The position numbers and the translations under genes were made by a program. The notes under the pieces were generated by a model that saw only the letters and a list, made by a program, of their open reading frames with translations, did not search any database and had not been told where the DNA came from. From NCBI GenBank assembly GCA_038727135.1, contig JAVYWL010000001.1, positions 160,001 through 224,000 of the forward strand: 64,000 nucleotides of DNA, given 5' to 3'. Shown here in pieces: positions 59,448 through 64,000 of the stretch (within the stretch, counting starts at the first letter, position 1; every line of letters begins with the position of its first letter). The DNA comes from Candidatus Bathyarchaeia archaeon. GTDB taxonomy: Archaea > Thermoproteota > Bathyarchaeia > Bathyarchaeales > Bathycorpusculaceae.

Positions 59448-61370
59448 ATGCTAATCAGCGAGGTCATCCTTGAAAACTTCATGAGCTACGAGTATGCTAG
59501 GGTGCCCCTTAAACCTGGCGTGAATGTGGTTTGTGGTCCAAATGGTGCTGGGAAGTCCTCGCTTTTGTTGGCTATTTCCGTGGCTCTTGGGCAGTCTTAT
59601 ACTGAGCGTTCTAGGAAGCTCAGCGACCTAATCCGTTGGGGTAAGGACCAAGCCCGTGTAACGCTTATACTGGACAATTCTAAGCGGGGCGGTAAGCGTC
59701 CAGTTCCAAAGTTTAACAAGGACCAGATTTTCTTAACTCGCGTTTTGAGGCGGGATGGCAAGTACTGGTTTGAGTTGGAGAACCGTGCTGCTTCAAAGCA
59801 GGACGTGGAGAGGCTTTTAGCTAGACTGGGCGTTGACCCGGATAACATGCTTATTATTATGCATCAGAACATGGTGGAACAGTTTACTGTTCTTTCCCCC
59901 CAAGATAAGCTCCGCATGGTGGAGGCAGCTGTTGGGCTTGAGGCTTACCGCGAAAACGTTTTGGAAGCCCAGAAAAAGCTCACCCGAATATTAAGCCAAG
60001 AAGAGTCTATAAGCAAGCTTCTAGAGTCAGCGGAGCAGACCCTCAACTATTGGAGGGAGCAGTACGAAAGGTTTCAAGAGAAAAAGCAGCTGACTGCGAA
60101 AAGGCGTTTCTTAGAGCGGGAGCTCGCTTGGGCTGAGGTAAACCGCAGAGAAGACATTGTTAAAGATTTGGAGGCAAAACTTGAGAAAGAACTGGCCCTA
60201 CTGAGGCAGATTGAAGGCGAAGCCAAAACAGCCCAAGAACAACTTCAAACCCACCAAAGCCAACTTGAAAGGCTTAAGGGTGAGTGGAAGAGAAGCCTTA
60301 ACGAAACTATTGGTCTTGAGCGTGAGAAAGCTGGAAGCCAAGCCACAATTTCGCTTTGCGAACAGCTAATGACAGAAGCATCCCTCATAGAAAATGAAGC
60401 CCAAGGCGGCAGGCATCACTTGAAGCTTTTGAAAACCGAAAGCCTAAAAGAGCTTATAGAAAGCTCGCGGTTGAAGGTTTCGAAACTTGATGAAGAACTG
60501 AACAGAAAGCTTTCAGAAACACGCGTCCTTGAGGAGCAAATAGAGAAGATTGGAAGCCAGATTCTTGATACGAGGGTTAGGCTTGCGCTTCTAAATTATC
60601 GGATGGAGAATGCGAAGACGAACATTAATGATTTGGAGAAAGCCCTTAAAGACGCAAAAGCCCAGCTGGATGCAGCTGTTAAGAGAGCTGAGGAGACTGG
60701 ACCAAGAATCGCCGTCATAAAGAGTGTTGGCGAAATTTTGGATGAAATCCGCGTTACTGATGGGCATTTGGCGGCTTTGGCTGGTGTTTCTGAGGACGTG
60801 GAGCGCATGTACGAGTCTTATTCGCAGCTTTATTTGGAGCTTAAGGAGAAGGCGCGGCTGGTGGCTGAAAATCGTGAAAAAGCCTTGGAGGAGGTCAAAG
60901 CGCGGATGCAGGCTTGGCGAACAGTAATCCAAAGCCTCCTAGACCGTGTTAATCTCGAATACCAGAAGATTTTGGCGAATTCTCAAGCTGTGGGCGAGGT
61001 TAGACTTGTGAACGAGCATGACATTGAGGCGGCTGGACTTGAAATTCTCGTGGGCTTTAGGGGTGGAAAACCAGTGCCGCTTAACGCTTACACGCAGAGC
61101 GGCGGCGAAAGGACCACGGCTACTATGAGTTTCCTTTTGGCACTGCAACAACATGTGCGCTCGCCCTTCCGCGCAGTGGACGAGTACGACGTTCACATGG
61201 ACCCGAAGAACCGCGAACTAATAGCTCAAATGTTGATTTCAACCGTTAAAGATGCCAATGCGCAGTATGTGGTGATTACCCCAAGCCATGTTACCTTCGC
61301 GAAAGACAATGTGCACATTATTACTGTTCAGAATGTTGAGGGCAGATCTATAATTAAAGAGGTTGCCTAA
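59448..61370 (+). CDS. Short SMC-family ATPase, Smc5/6- or coalescin-like
   Basis: LENFMSY, GPNGAGKSS, HQ Q-loop, coiled coil, QSGGER, AVDEYDVHMDPKN, ITP. Confidence 0.88.
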   Translation: MLISEVILENFMSYEYARVPLKPGVNVVCGPNGAGKSSLLLAISVALGQSYTERSRKLSDLIRWGKDQARVTLILDNSKRGGKRPVPKFNKDQIFLTRVLRRDGKYWFELENRAASKQDVERLLARLGVDPDNMLIIMHQNMVEQFTVLSPQDKLRMVEAAVGLEAYRENVLEAQKKLTRILSQEESISKLLESAEQTLNYWREQYERFQEKKQLTAKRRFLERELAWAEVNRREDIVKDLEAKLEKELALLRQIEGEAKTAQEQLQTHQSQLERLKGEWKRSLNETIGLEREKAGSQATISLCEQLMTEASLIENEAQGGRHHLKLLKTESLKELIESSRLKVSKLDEELNRKLSETRVLEEQIEKIGSQILDTRVRLALLNYRMENAKTNINDLEKALKDAKAQLDAAVKRAEETGPRIAVIKSVGEILDEIRVTDGHLAALAGVSEDVERMYESYSQLYLELKEKARLVAENREKALEEVKARMQAWRTVIQSLLDRVNLEYQKILANSQAVGEVRLVNEHDIEAAGLEILVGFRGGKPVPLNAYTQSGGERTTATMSFLLALQQHVRSPFRAVDEYDVHMDPKNRELIAQMLISTVKDANAQYVVITPSHVTFAKDNVHIITVQNVEGRSIIKEVA

Positions 61371-62194
61371 TGCAGTCGAAGCGGGAACGCGTCAAAATCG
61401 GGCGGGAAAGGCTTCAGCGGGTTATTGAGATGTGCAAAGCTGTTGAGGAGCGCTCCCTAGACCCCTTTCTGGTGGACGTGGACGAGATAATAAGGGTTGT
61501 TAGGGAGTTTTTCCCGGAATGGGAGAAGCCCGAAGACCTATGCCTAGACGCAGAAGCAATAAACCGCCTCGCATCTGTTATTAGGCTTCAAAGCGAATGG
61601 GTTAAGCACCGTTCAACTTCACTTTACACAGACCCCTTCCTCCTAGAAGAGAAGATAAAACGCATGGAGAAAGAAGCCATCGTAGAGGCTTTTCTAGGCG
61701 CTTGGCACCCAATAGTCGAGTTTGAACAGATTTCGCTCCACAGCCTAAAAGAGGCACTGCGCTACTGGGAAAGCCTCCCGCCACTGAAAGACAGATGGAA
61801 AGAGTTTCCGCCACCAGAAAATGTTGGCGGAGCCGCCACCCGAGAGGAACTTATAAAGCTTAGGATTCTGCAGGACAAAGCCTTCACAGAAGAGTTGGAA
61901 AGTTTCTGGAATGAATTGAAAAGGCTGGTTGAGGAAAAAGGCGAGAATGGCAGAATCCAATACTGGGATTTTGTCGGCGCAGAAACTTATGAGGAGATAA
62001 TCCACAGAGCCTTCATGACAAGCTTTCTCGTAACCTATGGCTATGCAACCCTTGAGGTTCACCCGTTGGAGGAGGAAATTTTCATTAAGCCGTTTGAGAG
62101 GCAGCAGAGGCGCATAGCCAAAAAACAGCTGGTTTCAATTCCGATAGCCATAACCGTTGAGGAGTGGGAAAAATGGAGAAGAGCGCAAGAGTGA
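61370..62194 (+). CDS. Kleisin-like (ScpA-type) subunit
   Basis: LDPFLVDV...DAEAI..LASVIRLQ N-terminal motif; C-terminal winged helix; TAATG coupling to SMC. Confidence 0.65.
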   Translation: MQSKRERVKIGRERLQRVIEMCKAVEERSLDPFLVDVDEIIRVVREFFPEWEKPEDLCLDAEAINRLASVIRLQSEWVKHRSTSLYTDPFLLEEKIKRMEKEAIVEAFLGAWHPIVEFEQISLHSLKEALRYWESLPPLKDRWKEFPPPENVGGAATREELIKLRILQDKAFTEELESFWNELKRLVEEKGENGRIQYWDFVGAETYEEIIHRAFMTSFLVTYGYATLEVHPLEEEIFIKPFERQQRRIAKKQLVSIPIAITVEEWEKWRRAQE

Positions 62195-62748
62195 GTAAGA
62201 GAAAAGCCGTCTACGCCAGCAAGGTGAAACGCGCAGTCCACATGCTCTTTTATCGCCGACACAAAAAGCCCGGGGTGAAGGGCTGGGAACTCCGAAAGGC
62301 TTTGGGTTCAGACTATCCAAAAGTCCTAAACATATTGGATGAGTACTTGAAACCTTTGGACTTGCAGGTTAAGATGGTTTTTGAGGAGGAGAAGCCAGCC
62401 TCTGAAAAGCCAACACTGGAGGAATTGGACAAGGCGAGGTTCTACATAACCCTAAGGGGTGATTTAACGCCTAAAGAGGCTAAGATGGTTGGTTGGCGAA
62501 TAGACGATTTGGCGGGGCTAGCCATAACAATAGCCTACATAATCTCAAAAAAGGGTAAAGCACCCCGCAAAGAAGTGGAAGAACTATTGCGTGAGAAGCT
62601 GCCGGGCTGGAAGGTGGGCTTAAACATAGACCGTTACATACGCTATGGATATTTAACCCAAGACGAAAACGAACAGTTATATTTGGACTGGCGCACACGA
62701 GCCGAAGTAGACCAAAAAGCCCTCATAGACCTAATCTTATCCAAGTAA
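62191..62748 (+). CDS. KITE-like (ScpB/Nse1/Nse3) tandem winged-helix protein
   Basis: Two WH units, YIRYGYL...LYLDWRTRAEVD; GTGA coupling. Confidence 0.65.
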   Translation: MSKRKAVYASKVKRAVHMLFYRRHKKPGVKGWELRKALGSDYPKVLNILDEYLKPLDLQVKMVFEEEKPASEKPTLEELDKARFYITLRGDLTPKEAKMVGWRIDDLAGLAITIAYIISKKGKAPRKEVEELLREKLPGWKVGLNIDRYIRYGYLTQDENEQLYLDWRTRAEVDQKALIDLILSK

Positions 62749-62972
62749 AAGGGCTAAACCGTTTCTCACCTTTCAAATCTATCAATCTTTTTGGCTAAAC
62801 TTGGTTCTCGAATGGCTGTTATTTTTCTGCGTTTTCCAAGCTTGCCTTAACTTCCCTAACTCTATAACAATCCCATATCGATTCAGCGTTCTTTTTCTAT
62901 GTCGGCTTTCTCCTTGATTTTTGGCTTTAAGTGGAGCAGTAACGGGATTTAGTATGGGGCAAGTTTTATCTA

Positions 62973-63386
62973 ATGCGCTTAATTTTAGTATGGTCTATCT
63001 CAAGGAAGAGGTATGAGGTTGTGTGTGAAAAGGAAGAATTTTTCACATTAGCTTCTATTAAGAAGTGCCCAATTTGCGGCGGAGACCTTGAGAGGGGATA
63101 CATGGGTGCTCCCGTAGCTGTTCCTTGGTGGACTCCCAAAAAACGCAAATTTGTAAAGATGGCATGGCCGTGGGATTGGAGATATTATTTTTTCGTAGCC
63201 GTTAACATCCCAGCTTTAAGATGTAAAAAGTGCAATATAGTAATCGCCGATTTTAATCTTGAAAATATAGCACGTGCAGAAACGCCTAAAGCCTTTCTTA
63301 AAAAATGTGTCAAGTGTGGCAAGGAGATTCCCATAGCAGCGTTGGAATGCCCCTACTGCGGAGCGGAACAAAAAGAAGAAAGTTAG
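62973..63386 (+). CDS. Double zinc-ribbon protein
   Basis: CPICGGDLERGY...RCKKC; CVKCG...CPYCG; start may be GTG 63021. Confidence 0.7.
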   Translation: MRLILVWSISRKRYEVVCEKEEFFTLASIKKCPICGGDLERGYMGAPVAVPWWTPKKRKFVKMAWPWDWRYYFFVAVNIPALRCKKCNIVIADFNLENIARAETPKAFLKKCVKCGKEIPIAALECPYCGAEQKEES

Positions 63387-63403
63387 TTATTACTGCACAA
63401 GCT

Positions 63404-63613
63404 TTATTTTCTGATTTTTCTGTAGAGATAGGCTATGACGTCGATGACTATTATTGCCGTAAGAACTAAAAGCGGGCTGCCTAAAAACTTGCTTGGGAAT
63501 GATTCTTCTGCCGCATAAACACGGTTAACGAGGGCGTATGCCAGCAGTAATATGTTAACAATAATGATTGTAACTAGATTTTTCTTCATGTTTGTCTCGC
63601 CTCTCATTTTCAT
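63404..63613 (-). CDS. Small membrane protein
   Basis: Two hydrophobic segments. Confidence 0.55.
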   Translation of the reverse strand: MKMRGETNMKKNLVTIIIVNILLLAYALVNRVYAAEESFPSKFLGSPLLVLTAIIVIDVIAYLYRKIRK

Positions 63614-63626
63614 GTCTTTGGGCGGT

Positions 63627-64000
63627 TTAGACTATGCTGACGTTTTGTATTTGGAAGTAGCGTTTCACCAGCATGCGGAGGCGTTCAGCATTCCTACCAT
63701 TCTTCCCTATGGCTACGCCCTTGTCTCTTGGGTGAACTGACACGACCGCTATTGTTTTGCCGTCTGGTCTCTCCGTTATCCTAACCTCTTGCACGTTGGC
63801 TGGTTTTAAGGCATTTTTAATAAATTGAACCGGGTCTTCGGAGTACTCAATTATCTCGTGTTTTTTGCCTGTCATCCGCTCCAGAAGCCTAATGTTTCTT
63901 CCGCCCTTGCCTATGGCTGCGCCTATGTCGCCTTCCTTCACAACGAAGATTACTCGGCCCTGCTCCTCGTCAACTATGCAGTCTTTGACGCTGGCACCGC
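63627..64000 (-). CDS. nusA: Archaeal NusA (5' end outside window)
   Basis: GASVKDCIVD..., AIGKGG and AIGKNG KH motifs. Confidence 0.92.
   Translation of the reverse strand, partial: GASVKDCIVDEEQGRVIFVVKEGDIGAAIGKGGRNIRLLERMTGKKHEIIEYSEDPVQFIKNALKPANVQEVRITERPDGKTIAVVSVHPRDKGVAIGKNGRNAERLRMLVKRYFQIQNVSIV

Noticed and set aside
59448-62748. Rad50/Mre11 or complete Wadjet system
   Set aside because: No zinc hook, no Mre11, no JetD/Toprim gene adjacent
502-63740. Numerous short antisense or overlapping ORFs in the track
   Set aside because: Shadows of well-supported genes with no motifs; not reported
1-64000. CRISPR arrays, rRNA, tRNA, transposases, reverse transcriptase/DGR
   Set aside because: None recognised by eye; a covariance-model scan would be needed to exclude small RNAs

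Overview
Archaeal chromosomal DNA. Archaeal NusA and Rpo5, thiolase/DUF35 pairs and small NitrOD5-like proteins point to Bathyarchaeia or a related TACK lineage (inference). The left ~23 kb is a nearly complete HK97-type head-tail morphogenesis cluster on the minus strand: protease, decoration protein, capsid, portal, holin-like, neck, tail tube, G/GT chaperone with a -1 slippery site, a 180-aa tape measure, hub and terminase. No integrase or replication gene is visible in the window. The cluster is split by host-like genes and an AT-rich methyltransferase/LAGLIDADG-like/PD-(D/E)XK cassette, and it carries two lesions (a terminase-ABC/GNAT deletion junction and a gp10 frameshift). It is either a decaying provirus or a domesticated, GTA-like element. 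The remainder is host DNA: PAS/GAF kinase and receiver, nrdR-nrdD-nrdG with tandem NrdR boxes, tldD/tldE, a two-domain RPB5-like Rpo5, HEPN-MNT, a frameshifted solute-binding surface protein, three thiolases with three DUF35 genes, an isobutyryl-CoA-mutase-type B12 cluster, an SPFH operon, a short Smc5/6-like ATPase coupled to kleisin-like and KITE-like genes, and nusA. All calls come from reading motifs by eye; no database searches were run.
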